Shown piece by piece: positions 1 to 14,007 of a DNA stretch of 64,000 bases (positions are counted from its first letter, which is position 1; the number at the start of each line of letters is the position of its first letter). The position numbers were made by a program, and so were the translations under genes. This DNA comes from Adineta vaga (lineage: Eukaryota; Animalia; Rotifera), in assembly GCA_021613535.1 (NCBI GenBank), contig CP075492.1:11346001-11410000 (forward strand), written 5' to 3'. The notes below the pieces were generated by a model that was given only the letters and a program-made list of their open reading frames with translations, was not told the origin of the DNA and made no database searches.

Positions 1-1969
1 GAAAGAAGAAAAAAAACAATCAAATTCATTGAGATATTTCAATTGAGAATCAGTAGTAGGTTATCATACATGAATTGGAATGATGTGACTTGGTGACATC
101 ATTACTGGAAGACCAGCATCAATTAATTTCGATCGTAATTCACGAACATTTTCTTGTTGTTTAGATCGTAATAATCGACCTTCATCACTCATTGAAATCT
201 ATAATAAATCGATATTTTTTCTTTGTTATCTATTATCATTCCGTTCATACTTCAATTGCAGCTAAAGAACTAGCTAAAACCGTAGGTGGCATGGATGTTG
301 TAAAAATAAAACCTGAACCATAACTGCGAATAAAATCTGTCATTTTCTCATCACCAGCAATATAACCACCAATACTACCAAATGCTTTACCTAAGAAAGA
401 AAACAAAAAAAATTTCTTTCTAAAATACAAGAAGATCTACATACCAAGTGTACCAGTGATGATATCCATTTTGTGTAGAAGATGATCACGTTCACCAATA
501 CCCGCACCATTATGACCATATAAACCAACAGCATGGACTTCATCAATGAATGTAATTGACCCATATGCATGTGCAACATCAAGCATAGCTTCCAAATTAC
601 AAATTGAACCTAATGGAATACAAACGAGTGTTTTCTTCTTTCTCTTTTTCTATACAAAATTTTCATTCATACCATCCATTGAATGAACTGTTTCAAATGC
701 GACAATTTTCGGCAAATGTCGTGGAATTTTCTTTAATAATGCGTCCAAATGTTCGACATTATTGTGTCGAAAGATATGTTTTGGTACTTGACTATTTCGT
801 ATACCTTGAATCATCGATGCATGATTTCCACTATCCGATAGAATATGACAGTTAGGTAAACTTTTTGCTAATGTAAACAATGTTGTATCATTAGCGACAT
901 AACATGATGTAAATAACAAAGCGGATTCTTTTTGATGAAGACGAGCTATTTGTTGTTCAAGTTTTTCATGTAATGGACTGGTGCCTGATATATTACGTGT
1001 ACCACCGGAACCGGAACCATGTGCAGTAACTGCATCACTAATAGGAACAGGAATAAAATTATTACTTGGAAATAATTTTAATGGAAAAGTAGAACTATTT
1101 CCTTTCGATGCATGAAAAGGTTTTTCATTACATTTATCAAAGGGAAAAAAACAAAGATTTTCCTATTTTGTCTTTCACACGATAGAACTTTCAAGAAGGT
1201 ACTTACATGACGGATTGTTTCAATTTTGGATGTTGACCTAAACCTAAATAATCATTACTACACCAAACGGTTATTGTACGAGCATCGATATCATCATCTA
1301 AATTTTTCTTCTCTACAGCTTGCGGAAATTGACCACTTTTTCGTTGTACACGTTTGAAAATTCGATACGAGTTATCACGTTTTTTTGCTTCGATTTTTTC
1401 ATCAAAAAATGTATTGTATTCAAATGAATCTTTCGTATCAACAACCATGGGACGTGTTGTTGTTTTTCCTATAAAATATGTGAGAATAATTCGAACAAAA
1501 AAACGAAGAATTTACCTTGTGTACGATTCACTTCAATAATATCTTGATCCATAGTTAATCGACGAAGAGCAATGGGTGTTGTTTTCAAAAATGGACATAA
1601 AAGATCTGTACATTCAGTAGAAATAATAACTGCAAACAAAACAAATTATAAGAGAAATTTTGAAAGGAGAACACAAGTTTTATTCATACTTTCACCGTAT
1701 GGACCTGATGTCGTTGGTAATTTAATTTTTGATGTTCGTTTTTGTTCAGCAAATTTTTTATGAATAGTTTTGATTTCATCGAAACTAGGTGGTGGAGGTG
1801 ATGAAACATGCATTGATGTTACCTTATTCATCGTAATTGTCGACATTCGTCGTGCTAATTGACCAAAGATTGGACATGATTCCGCACCAGCACTGAGAAT
1901 ATACGGTGCTGATGTTCGAACCTGTTGTAACGTTAATTGAGCCAAATATGGACATTTTAAAACGGACAT
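1..1969 (-). CDS. ALAS: 5-aminolevulinate synthase, mitochondrial (multi-exon; 3' end lies beyond window start)
   Basis: Exons encode N-terminal heme-regulatory CP motifs (KCPYL, SCPIF, LCPFL), [63 protein letters not shown] (PLP lysine) and [10 protein letters not shown]. Confidence 0.97.
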
Positions 1970-2972
1970 TGCTTGATTCGTGTGACTGAGGAGAAAGAAA
2001 GGTTAATCTAAAAATATTCACCTGTTTAGGTTTTTTTTGATAAAAACAAGTTGTGACTTGTATTAGACATTAAGCAAACTTAGTGCTGAATGATTGTGCG
2101 TTTTTCTTTTTCTTCTTTTGTCTTGTTTGCGTGATGGAAGCAATTTTTTCTTTCTTCAGTACTTACCTGTGTGCTTCCTTTTGACATGCTAGATCCTCGA
2201 ATATCCACTATGAAAAGAATAGAAAATAAAGATCCATGAAGAGTTTCTCTTCTTTTTTTCAACGGATTTATGCATGAAAGATTCATTCTTAATCTATCTG
2301 GAAAGAAGTAGAAACGACAAATTTGAAGGAGAAAAAAACAACAGCAATAACCTAGATGATTGCCCATCTGATAATCATATAAGAACATAAAATGGCTGTC
2401 GATCTAATCACTATTTATAGATGAGAAAATGATATAGAATGTAAAAAAATAGATCTATAATTTGGACATGTGGGGAATTTTAACATATTTGTCAGCGAAA
2501 ATAACAAGTACAAAGTTTTCAACTAATCCTAACTAAATATAGAATGGTATTCAAAAGTAAAATGGAAAATAAACCAGATGTGTTTACAGATGCTGTTTAA
2601 AATGCAATGCAAATAAAGAGAAAATTTTCATTAGGTATTCCAGTCTGTTTTTTTTTATGTAAATTGACATTACTCAGTAAATGATAATGAAATGACTCAA
2701 TTCTAAAATAGAATCAAATGATGGAATACTGTCAATTCGATTTTCTTCGTCTTCATAATTCATATTCATAAACCACAAAAATTTATCATCAATAATTAAC
2801 GAATAAAAATCAATACATTAGCCTTTCTGAAATGAATTTATTTGACTAGATGGTGCTCGTAGTTGGAACGAATCTGACTGGTTGAATCAATCTGATTATT
2901 TATTTTCACCCACGGCCACGGTTCTGTCTGTCATGTCAGTCATTTATTTATTCATCAGGTCGTTAATCGAAT

Positions 2973-4514
2973 ATGTCTCATCAGTCTGGCATAACCGGTA
3001 TGAAAAATAATCATGAAACTCGTTTTGCAAATTCTAAAATGAATCTTCTTCTTTGTTTAGCGACGGATAAATTACGCGAAAAATTTGCTGATATGAAAGA
3101 TGGTCATATTCGAATTGTCGTCGTTGTTATTGAGAATGGTTTGATATTTTGATTTCATCTCTATTTAAAAACTAGTGTTTTATTGTAGAAAAACTTGTTG
3201 CTAAAGAAGAACATAATGCTGTTCGAACATTTACCGAAGGTAATGATTGAAAACAAAGAAAATACATTCAATATTTGTATTCATTTTTCAAAGATTTTGA
3301 TAAAATGATTCCATCATTAGTTGATACAAAACGTCCTGCTTATTATTTCGTTCGATTGGATACCATCAATGAATTAAGTGGACATGGTTGGTTATTAATT
3401 ACTTATATTCCAGATGAAGCGATAGTAAATCAGATATTTTTGTGTTGTAATTTAATGTAGATTTTGATTGAAATATTAGGTACGTGAACGAATGTTATAT
3501 GCATCAACAGTTGCAACATTAAAACGAGAATTTGGTTTCACTTATATCACACAAGAATTTCGAGCATCATCAAAAGTAAATTCTATTTCAAAAAAAACAA
3601 ATCAAATTAATAATTTAGTTTTTATGAATTAGACCGAAATGAATAGTCATTCATTTCAACAACATGTACGTACGCAAGCTGCACCACCACCACGAACAAT
3701 GCGCGAAGAAGAAATGCTCGAGATTCAACAACGAGAAGTACATCAGAATAATTAAACTATAGAAATGAAAATATTTTCCTTTTCTAGGCTTCAGCAGACA
3801 TTAGTGTTGATACTCGTCATCCTACCTTACAAGGTTTAAGATTTCCATTTGATGAAAATGTTATTGAAGCAATTCATCTTTTTAAAAATCATAAAGTTGA
3901 TTATATACAACTAGTAAAGATTTGATATTCGAATTGCAAAAACCTATATTTATCTATCGCTTTTTTTTAAAGGAAATTGATCATGAAAAAGAATGTATTC
4001 TTTTGTCTCATTCCGAATCTCATGTTACACCAGAACATATTCAAAAATGTTTACCAGATCAACAAGGAAGATATCATATCTACAGATTTAAAACAGATCA
4101 TCATCAGAAGCCTACCGATTCAATATGTAAGTTTTCCTACAAAAGAAATTTCTCATGAAGAATTATGTGCATTTAGTTTTTCTATATTCTGTTCCTGGTC
4201 ATGGTTCAAAAATAAAACAACGAATGCTCTATGCTAGTTGTAAAGAAAGTGTTATTGATACTGTTGAAAAGAAATATGGAATTAATTTTGAGAAAAAAGT
4301 AAGATTCAATGTTGGATTTGTTATGTATGATGATTTTCTTTTTGCCTAGTTGGAAATTTGTGATCCAACTGATTTGACAATGGATTATCTGATGCAACAT
4401 TTGCATCCAGAATTAGCAGCAAATACAACGAAATCAACATTTGCAAAACCAAAAGCACCATCATCACGAGGACCTCGTCGATTGTTAAAAACAACAGATG
4501 AAACCAATGAATAA
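2973..4514 (+). CDS. TWF: Twinfilin (two ADF-H domains), multi-exon
   Basis: Starts MSHQSGIT; contains VRERMLYASTVATLKREFG, IKQRMLYASCKESV and the C-terminal tail FAKPKAPSSRGPRRL; TAA at 4512-4514. Confidence 0.95.
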
Positions 4515-6424
4515 TCAAACATTGTCTTATTCTGTTTTTTTTGTAATATTCTCATATTGATAGTTTTTCTTAGATATATTATTAAACTACTCGGTTTATA
4601 TTGACAATAAAATTCTCGATCTGCTTCTTTTCCTATTCGAGCAAATCATCAAGGATGTTGTCAAGATTCTCTCTGTTCAAAAGGAACAAGAAGAGATGAC
4701 AAGAAATTCTAATTGAATCTTTTAAGATTTATTTGACACGATGCTAGAGAGAGGGAGAGAAAGAGAAAGACGGCATGTTCTTTTACAATCCAATTTGATC
4801 GTTTCTATCCAAATGAAATCTGAATGAATCGACTCGTCGATTGATATGACAGGAAATGTTGAAAATAAGTGAATTACGGAAGAAAGTATTCAATTGTTTT
4901 CTACAATCGAATTTTCAACCGGTTCGACCTTGGTTAGCCTCGTCATTCAACTAAACTATTAGCTTTGAAACTACATTCTACTGCTCAATTTATTGCACGC
5001 AAAAAACTTGTTATTGGATTTGTTCTTCTAACAAGAAAAAACAATTGTGATTTTTCTCAATAGGATCAACACTTTACTATGACCTTGTCACTAATTGATC
5101 ATTCAATACTTATTGAAAAAGAATAGATACGTTCATATATTCATTTTTCTCCAATTTAAAAAAATCATATATGATCGATCGTTTTGATATTCTAGTCATT
5201 GTCTGATTTTGTCATTGGATATTATACATATACAAAGGAAAAAAAAGCAAAGACAAAACGACTAGACTGATGTGAATATAAACGAGAATATGTAAGTGCT
5301 AACAATTAATTTAGAATAAGAAGAAAGAATTTCTTTTATTCAGATAAACTCTTCGTTGATCATAAATTATAATAAATGTTTATCAAACTTATCAATTTAT
5401 AGTCTTATTGTGCATCTAAAGTAAATCACTTGAGAAATGTATACTACCTCATAAAATTGTCTTCTTTCGATTGTCAATATAATTTAATTATCTGTTAAGT
5501 AGTTCAAGCAATTAATAAGATGTTATCTTCAGAAGAACGAAAAACTAATTCCATAATTAATGTTACATTTTTGTTAAATAATATGAATGTAGATCTAAAA
5601 GTCAAAATTGATAAGTAACATTTCGAAAATAGATATTACATAAAACAAAAGAGAGAGAGAGAGAGAAAGAAACAGACATTTTTTTCTTTTCGTCTGTTTT
5701 CTTGTTACTTAACAATGTGTAATGAAAAAAAAAGAGAGAAAGATTCAGTTATATGACTTGTTACTTTCAATTTCGAATAAGTAATCCGTTTAATAATGTC
5801 TAGTTTTCGTTTGAATATCATACGAGAGCGAGTATAGTACACGTATTCAACCGTAAAAATATTCGTGTTACGACACGCACGATAACGTATGATTTTTATG
5901 ACGAGATTTACTTCTATTAAATACTAACTGTTAGTTTACTTCAATAGGACAGACTTGTGTATTGCTTTTTTTCTTCTTCTTCTTTCTTTTGTCTCTATAT
6001 TCATTTGCCCAACATTAATTATATAGAAGACCAAAACTCGATGTACAAATAAGCGCATACATTGATCAAAAGTACTGAAGGATTTTTTTTGCATTTATCT
6101 ATTGCTGATGAGCCCATCTTTTTTTGATATATTCATTTGACAACATTCATTAGTTTTTTTTTCGAGACCAATTTGTGAACATCGAAGTTACTTTTTTTCT
6201 TCTTCTATTGCGATGATTAGACCGGAAAGAAATGTGTGCGGTTGCGGCAAAGAAGAACGCTGAGAAAAAAAAGAAGAAAAAAATTGTGCTCGACAAGAGA
6301 GAAAGTTCACCAAACTAGTGCTTGATCATTCTTTTTTCTCATTCTAGCCCGAGTCAGAACATAACTGGAGACACGAGACAGACAGACAGAGCGAGAGAGA
6401 CAGTGTATGTGTGTCTTATGAACA

Positions 6425-9400
6425 ATGTTGTCTCCATCATCATCATCACGACCTCCACGCATCCCACCCTCGATCGCTGATTCTCAATATGATACGGCAA
6501 CAGGTTATTCATCATCATCTTATACAAGATGGCCTCGAGCGCTTGCTAAAACTCCTAACATTGGACGAGGAAGTCATTCCATATCAGGACGACGTAATCA
6601 ATATCAAAATGAACCATTCTCAGACATTTTACATAGTCAACATCCTGAATCACGTGGTCCAACTTACGCAACAGTTCATCATCCACGACGATCACTATTA
6701 AGTAATCTTCTTCCGTAAGTAAACTATTCATTTGCATTTCTAATAGACAATCGAATTATCTCATATAAAATTAGTTTTTTTTTCGTCACATGAGACAACA
6801 TATTCATGCATAGAACTCTATTCCCATCTGATTATTAAAAAAGAAAAGAAAATGAATGACCTCTGAATGATATCGATATCTCTTACAACTAAGATCATCA
6901 ATTGATTAATATCCGAGCGAATCAATTCGATCTTCTGAAGAAAAATGATAGATAATGTAATCTGAATTTTTGTTTAATTTAGATAAAAAAACTTATCTTT
7001 TTTTTTGGTGATGTCCTTCATTTCATAAGACTCGCGTCTTATTTTTCTGCGAGTCATTACCGTTATATCATCCTCTATTTCTTTTTTTTTCTTTTTTTCT
7101 CTCTCTCCCTCTTCGTCGTCTTTTTCTACCGTTATATTGATAAGGTCATTGCCGGTAGCAAACTAAATACAACATATCAGTGTTCTTGACGACATTTGAA
7201 TCCAACAATCAATTGTTTTTTCTCTTTTTTTTTGCTTCTCAATATTTTACCGAACTATAAAATTGATGAGATCGATCAGGTATGATATCAATTCAATGTT
7301 TAATAGACCAAGCATTGTCCACTATATAGGAGAGGGGGGGGGAAAGAAAGAAAATTTGTATATAAATATTATTTCACCTGTAATAATCAATCTACTTTTC
7401 ACTTTTCGTTTTTTTTTCTTGCTTGTTCTTCTTTCTTTTTTCTTTCCAGTCAATCATGAAACTATCTATGTGTGCATCAATGTATTAAATACAGAGTCTT
7501 GTCTCATTTTTTTTTCCTCATACATTTATTCTACCTTCTTTTCCTTTGAAGCGTAAGGGTACAATTGAAAAAAAAAGAAATATTACGTCTGGCTTGTTTC
7601 ATTTGTTTGCACTCGATCTTATTTATCACCTGCTGTTTCTCTCATATCGTCACATTGTACTTTGACAGGGTAAAACTTCGAAGGCTCTTTTTGCGTTTTC
7701 ATTCGTGTGAAAATAACAGATCAAATAGACACTTATTATCGATTTTTATTATTCCATGCAAACGACTGTTTGATACATAATCTACGTATTTATTAAAATT
7801 TATATATATATTATTAACAAATTCGTCCAATATTGAACGATGGCATTTGGACAATTTTCATATCGAACACCAAAAGTTCATAGACAACGATATCCTGAAC
7901 AACATCGTTCACGTTCGTATGATGATTTACTAGCCGAGTAAGATATCGCGTAAACTTGCATGGTTTTTGATATGCTTTCAACTATACATTTTTTCTTTTC
8001 TTTGATAAGCGTGTAATAAAGTGCGTAATTAAAAATGTGAAATGATTTTTAGACCAGTCATTATTCGCTGTTTTCTCTTTATTTTTTACTTATTATTTCA
8101 GCGTAGACATAAATATATTATTGAGAATTAGAAACGAAACTTATTCACTTGTTCGATGGATTAGTTTAGTTAAGAGACGAAAGAGAAAAGAAACGAAAAA
8201 AATAATTAAAATTTACAATAAGAAAAACGAAGATGACATTTACAATGGTTACACTTGAGAGGTCATTGTATGTAGAGGATAAGAATAGAAATTCTTTATT
8301 TTGATTGTCTTTCTCCTTCACATTTTACTTGTGGTTTCATTTCGAGGCAAGACGAAGAAGAAGAAAAAATGAAGAAAAGACGTTGTCGTCGACGTGCTGC
8401 CTCGTCAAGTATCATTTCATATGTTCGTTTGCATTCGTATTTGTTAAGGCGAGTGTACATACGTGAAAAAAAACGAAGAAATTCGAAAAGAAAAATACTA
8501 AATGAAAAGAACGAAAGAAAGAAAGAAAGAAAATGATGAAATGCTATTTTCTGTTGTTGATATATAAAATCATCATCTGGCCAGTTCATTTCTTCTTCTC
8601 TTCTTTTCATCGTTATTCTCTCGCATACTTGTGCTTACTATTGCTTCAAAGATACTTCGTACCGATTACATAGACAACGCTGATGACGACAGAAGCAAAA
8701 GTTGTACAGAGATACGTTCACATTGAATAACTCTCCTATCATTTCTCTTTGACTATCTTCCTTCTTCTTCTTCTTCTTCTTTTCATACAAAAGAACATAC
8801 GCATCATAAGACATCGATATAGTTCATCTTATATTTTCGAGCATATTGAGTTATTATATAAGAAAAGAAGATTAGACAATGATTGCTGTACAAAGTTCTG
8901 ATATTGATTCAATTGGTTTTTCGGATTATTATACTCAAACATTAGGACATAGCAGGTAAAAAGAAAACCTTTGAATAAAGAAATGAACCATTTGATATTG
9001 TTCAATTGTTCATCCAATATAAAGATATAATTATTTTTTTTATTCATTGTGTACATAATGAATGTACCCATATATATTAAAAATCTAATTTCATCATACG
9101 CTTAATTAGCAATAGGCTTGTCATTTGCTTATATAATTGAAGGTTTCATTAATCATAGAGTATGAAAAATGAGACAGTTGAACATATAGATCCATCCATT
9201 GATTTTTTGTTATTATTATTTTGAAGGATATCCAATGGTGGTCCACCTGGTAGTGTACGTCAACGTATGCGTCCAACAAATTGGTCTAGTTTAGGAAGTT
9301 TAAATAGTTTTGGTGAGTCAACAACAACTCCACCATCATCACAAGAACATACAGGTAGTAGTGGTGGAAGTAATACCAATGGTAGTGGTGGACAACAACG

Positions 9401-12303
9401 TGAAACGTTACATAGTCGATTTGATTTTAAACAAACATTAGGCAAAGGTACATATGGAAAAGTGAAATTAGCATTAGATAAGCGAAAGAATGAACAAGTT
9501 GCAATAAAAACAATAAAAAAATCTCGTATTGAAAATCCACATGATTTAGCAAGAATTCGTCGTGAAATTGATTTTATGACAAGTTTAAATCATCCTTATA
9601 TTATACGAATAAAAGAAGGTAAGATAGATAATTAGTTTTATTGACATAAGTATATGTGTATACACAAATTTCTTTTGATTAGTTTATGAAAGTCGAGAAA
9701 AAATTATTCTTGTAATGGAATATGCAAGTGGTGGTGAATTATATGATTATCTCAATCGGATGAAACGTATACCGGAATCTCAAGCACGTGCTATTTTTCG
9801 ACAAATTGTTTCAGCTGTTCATTTTCTACATAAAGTATTCGAATGTAAAATGATTTCATTCTCTTAAATTTCATTTCTTTAGAATAATATTGTTCATAGA
9901 GATCTTAAATTAGAAAATATTCTAATTGATCATAATGGTGATATTAAAGTAAGTATCAATTTACATATATTCATAATTATGTCTTATTTGTATTTTTAGT
10001 TAGCTGATTTTGGTTTGAGTAATAATTGGTCACCACGTCGATTATTGTATGTTATAAATCGTTTCTTGTCATGAATATCTAGGATCTTCTAATTTTTTTT
10101 AATTAGACATACTTTTTGTGGTTCTCCATTGTATGCATCACCTGAAATCGTTTCCGGTATTCCATATTACGGACCTGAAGTATGATCATATATTCTTTTT
10201 TCTTTGAAGAAAATTGAATTGTATGTGCATCACTAGGTTGACTGTTGGTCACTGGGTGTTTTACTCTATACACTCGTCTATGGTTCAATGCCATTTCAAG
10301 GTGGTGATTACAATCGACTTGTACGGAATATAACATCAGGCGAATTTATTCAACCTCGTGAACAATCAGGTAATTAGATTTTTTCTTTTTCTTCTTCTTC
10401 TTCTATGAAATAGATAATAATCAATGAGCATATGTAGATATATTCATATCTATATATGTGAACATTGCACTCTATCAGTATTCGAATCGATTTGCATCGA
10501 TTCGAATGATGTCAGATATCGAAAGAGAATCGATCTATCCCTCTTCCACTTTTCGTATGATTTAATTTTTTTTAAAATCGAAAACGAAATCTATAGGCGC
10601 ACTCGGTCTTATACGTAAATGTTTAACGGTATTACCATCAAAACGTTTTACTGTTGATGATGTTGCCGCTCATTGGTGGGTTAATCTTGGCTATAAATAT
10701 CCACCTGTGCATTATTATTTATCACCAACAATGAAAAAAACTGGTCTATTTATTCCATCACATCTGCCAGCATTAACATACAATGAATCGAATCTCAATG
10801 CAATTGAATCCAATTCGAAAACAATCTCATCATCAACACCTGGTTTCTCTCAACAATCCGTTCATAATGGAGACATGACAGATACGTCAAACAAATATCG
10901 ACCATTAACGAATGGTTATCATTCAGTCCCTCGAACGCATCGATTAAATAGCAATAGTGAACGGACTTCGAATACAAGCCGACGGACATCTAAAGAACGA
11001 CATCATGATAAAACATCATCTAAATATCCTCCACATACACAATGATTGATTTAAAAAGAAAAGAATCTCAAATCATATTTTTGTTTTTTTTGTCTTTGTG
11101 TTTTTTCTTTTGTCTTTCATTCATTTCTATGCCAAATCTGAGACTAATTCACTCCTCTGCTTGAGCATGCGCGAATACAAAACTGAAAACCCTTATTTGG
11201 TGATGGATTGCTTATTTTTAACGTTTTTTTTTCTATTTTATTTCATTAATATCCTAGGTGCATTTTCACTTATTCAATATTGCTTGAAAGCAGATGCTAA
11301 TACACGTGCTACAACAAAGGATATTCTTCATCATGATTGGTTAGTTCATGGACCTGTACTTTCTGTTCGTTTGAATTCGACGGCGCCAACAGCAACAACA
11401 TTATCATTATTGTCTCATACCATTCCTGATCAAAAAACAAACAATGATTATGATAAAATACGTTTACGACCGAAATCAACTATAGAAAAATCTTTATCAC
11501 CAACAAATTCGCTTGTTGAACTTGAATTACATACAAGTTCTTTTTTTGATACTGCTCGATTACGTGATAAGACATCCGTAAATAAAGATCAACAACGACG
11601 TAATCGAGTATCAGCTATACCTATACCTACACGTTATCTTACATCAAATAACAACAAAACAATTTCTTCCTCATTAACTCGTCCAGTACAACGTCGTCCA
11701 GTTAGTTTAACACTTGATGATCAACATTCCACTGATGATACATCAACAATTCACTCGATTAATAGTCGACGTTCTCGACGAGCTGCTTCTCCAACGTCAA
11801 CAACGAAAAAATCAACAACGATAACATCAGGAAATCCTGATCGATTTCAAACTCAACGATATACTCTACCTGCTTCGACAGATACATCACGTTATCGATT
11901 TTCTTCCGAGTTAGATTCGGCATTAAATGATTTGAAATCAACTGGAATTTATAGATATACTCCACCAAAAAAACCTGTGGCACCAAGTGTATTTACAACT
12001 TCGACAATTAAATTTGCACCTGCACCTCTTCGACGAATGAGTCCATTCAAAGATCAAGAAGATTGTTCTTCATCTAGTACAGCACAGCTATTAAATACTC
12101 TAACTTCTAATCCATCTTGTCATATTGATGATAGTATTAATCATGCTTCTTCTTCTTCTACTACTACTACTACTAACAATAATAATAATAATAATCGACA
12201 TTCATTTTTAACTTCATTCGAATTACCAACCAAATATAATGCAGATAAAAATCATTTGCTCGATGATAACAATAATTTCGTTTCATTAAAAGTATATGAT
12301 TAG
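6425..12303 (+). CDS. NUAK: NUAK-family (AMPK-related) Ser/Thr kinase with alternative first and last exons
   Basis: [86 protein letters not shown]. Core exons at 9228-10368; first exons 6425-6714 or 7840-7937; last exons 10597-11045 or 11258-12303. Confidence 0.93.
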
Positions 12304-14007
12304 TAAGAAAAAATCTTTCGCTTTTTTTTCTTCTTTTTTTTATTTTCTCAGTTTTCTGTGATATTTTTTTTTCACCAACTTCACATTAAAAACAACAACA
12401 GTAGTAGATGTTCGTTCATTTTTTTTCTCCATTTTGTGTACATCTAATTATATTACACATTTTCTAATTGATCTCTTCCTTCTTTTTTATTTCAATAACA
12501 GTTTTCGTGTGTTCATCTTTCTCATTCAGATTGTACAAACAAAAAACGAAACGATATATATTGCTTCTATAAAAATATTTATTTCTCTCTGTGTGTGTAT
12601 GTTCAAAGGTCGATTTTCGTTCTTATTCTTCGTTTTTTTCTCACTTCTTCTTTTCTTTTTTGTCTTCTTTTGTATAGTGTGAGAGTGAAGGCGTAAACCT
12701 TGAAGAAAACATAATAGAACAATTGTGTCATTTTGTGCCTTCGCTTTTTTTTTTCATTTCAATACTTTAATTTTTGCATTGATAACAAGGTTAAGTTTAT
12801 TATGGTAAAAGAGAACAAATTTCAAGGAGATTTATTCATTTCTCGACTTAGATGGGAAAGAGAGAACAAATGAAAGGATTTTATTCAAATAATTCATTTA
12901 AGTCATCAACGATATGTCGAATTATGAAAAGAACAACTTGAGTTCATACGTAAGAATTAAGACAAATAAATATCATGGATTAATACGTGATATCTTGTTC
13001 TTTACAGAGATTATCCTTTATCATACTATATAAATACACATTGAGAAAGGAAATTCGAAGAATGTCTTCTTGATGATGTAAATGTTAAATGTTAAAAGTT
13101 AAACTATTACGTAGATCATTTTTCAAAAGTAATGTTTGTCAAAAATGACTTCACTCAATAAAGAATTTCATAACAAAAGTATTTGATCGATTTTTTTACT
13201 CTCATTTTCTTTTCTTTCTTCTTGTCGATGAACAACAAATACAGACGCGCGCATGCGCAAGAAACAAACAGATAGCAAAAACAAGAATTATACAAAAAGA
13301 AGAAGAAAGAAAAAAAACGAACAAACAATGTTTCATAACAACATCAAATTAGATAGAAGTTCATTTTCTTTCATTTCAGTATTATTATAGTTGTTGTTCT
13401 TCTAGAGAATCTACTAAAAACTGTTCCCGTAAAAAAATACAGACAGACAGGCAGGCAGGCAGAGAGAAAGGAGAACAATTGAATCAAGTACGTACATAAA
13501 ACAAAAATGATCGATATATCAATGCTCAGATTGACTTCGTCTCTCTCTCTCTACATGTGTATATTGTTTTCTTGGAAAAATTAACGTTATATACAGAACA
13601 ATAGAGAGATAGAAGAGGTTTTTTTAGACAAGGTAATCACTGCATTCGACGTCGAAAAACAAAACAGAAAACGTATACAACACCGAGCAAGTTGAGAATA
13701 CAACAATATGTACGTACGAATGAGAAAGAAAGAAAAGAACAAAGTAGGACATATACAAAATAAATCTAATTTTTATGTCATATCGACATGTTTAGTAAAA
13801 GTAAACCTATCGATATCGACTAACAATTTGATATTATAAAGAAAAAAACAAACATTAACACAATATGTGTCGTTTTTTTTCTTCAAGTCTATTTATACAT
13901 GTACATCGAAAGAGTTGAATTTTTATTTTTTATTTTTTAACAGAATGCATTCTATTCTTTATTTTTTGTTAATATATCAATAAATATATTATTGAAATAG
14001 AAATTAA

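Noticed and set aside
1970-2700. Iron-responsive element in the ALAS 5' region
   Set aside because: No CAGUGN-loop hairpin with a C bulge was found on the minus strand. The nearest candidate (ATAGTG at about 2206-2211) lacks a paired stem.
7263-9071. Several 70-100 aa Phe/Lys-rich ORFs (also at 12434, 18564, 18637, 56960-58435, 59862 and 60278-61870)
   Set aside because: They are translations of poly-T, poly-A or GA low-complexity intronic and intergenic DNA with no coding signature.
11098-11257. Hydrophobic N-terminus of the 401-aa ORF as a signal or TM segment of a separate gene
   Set aside because: It is T-rich intron/UTR sequence upstream of the acceptor at 11257. The coding part begins mid kinase domain.
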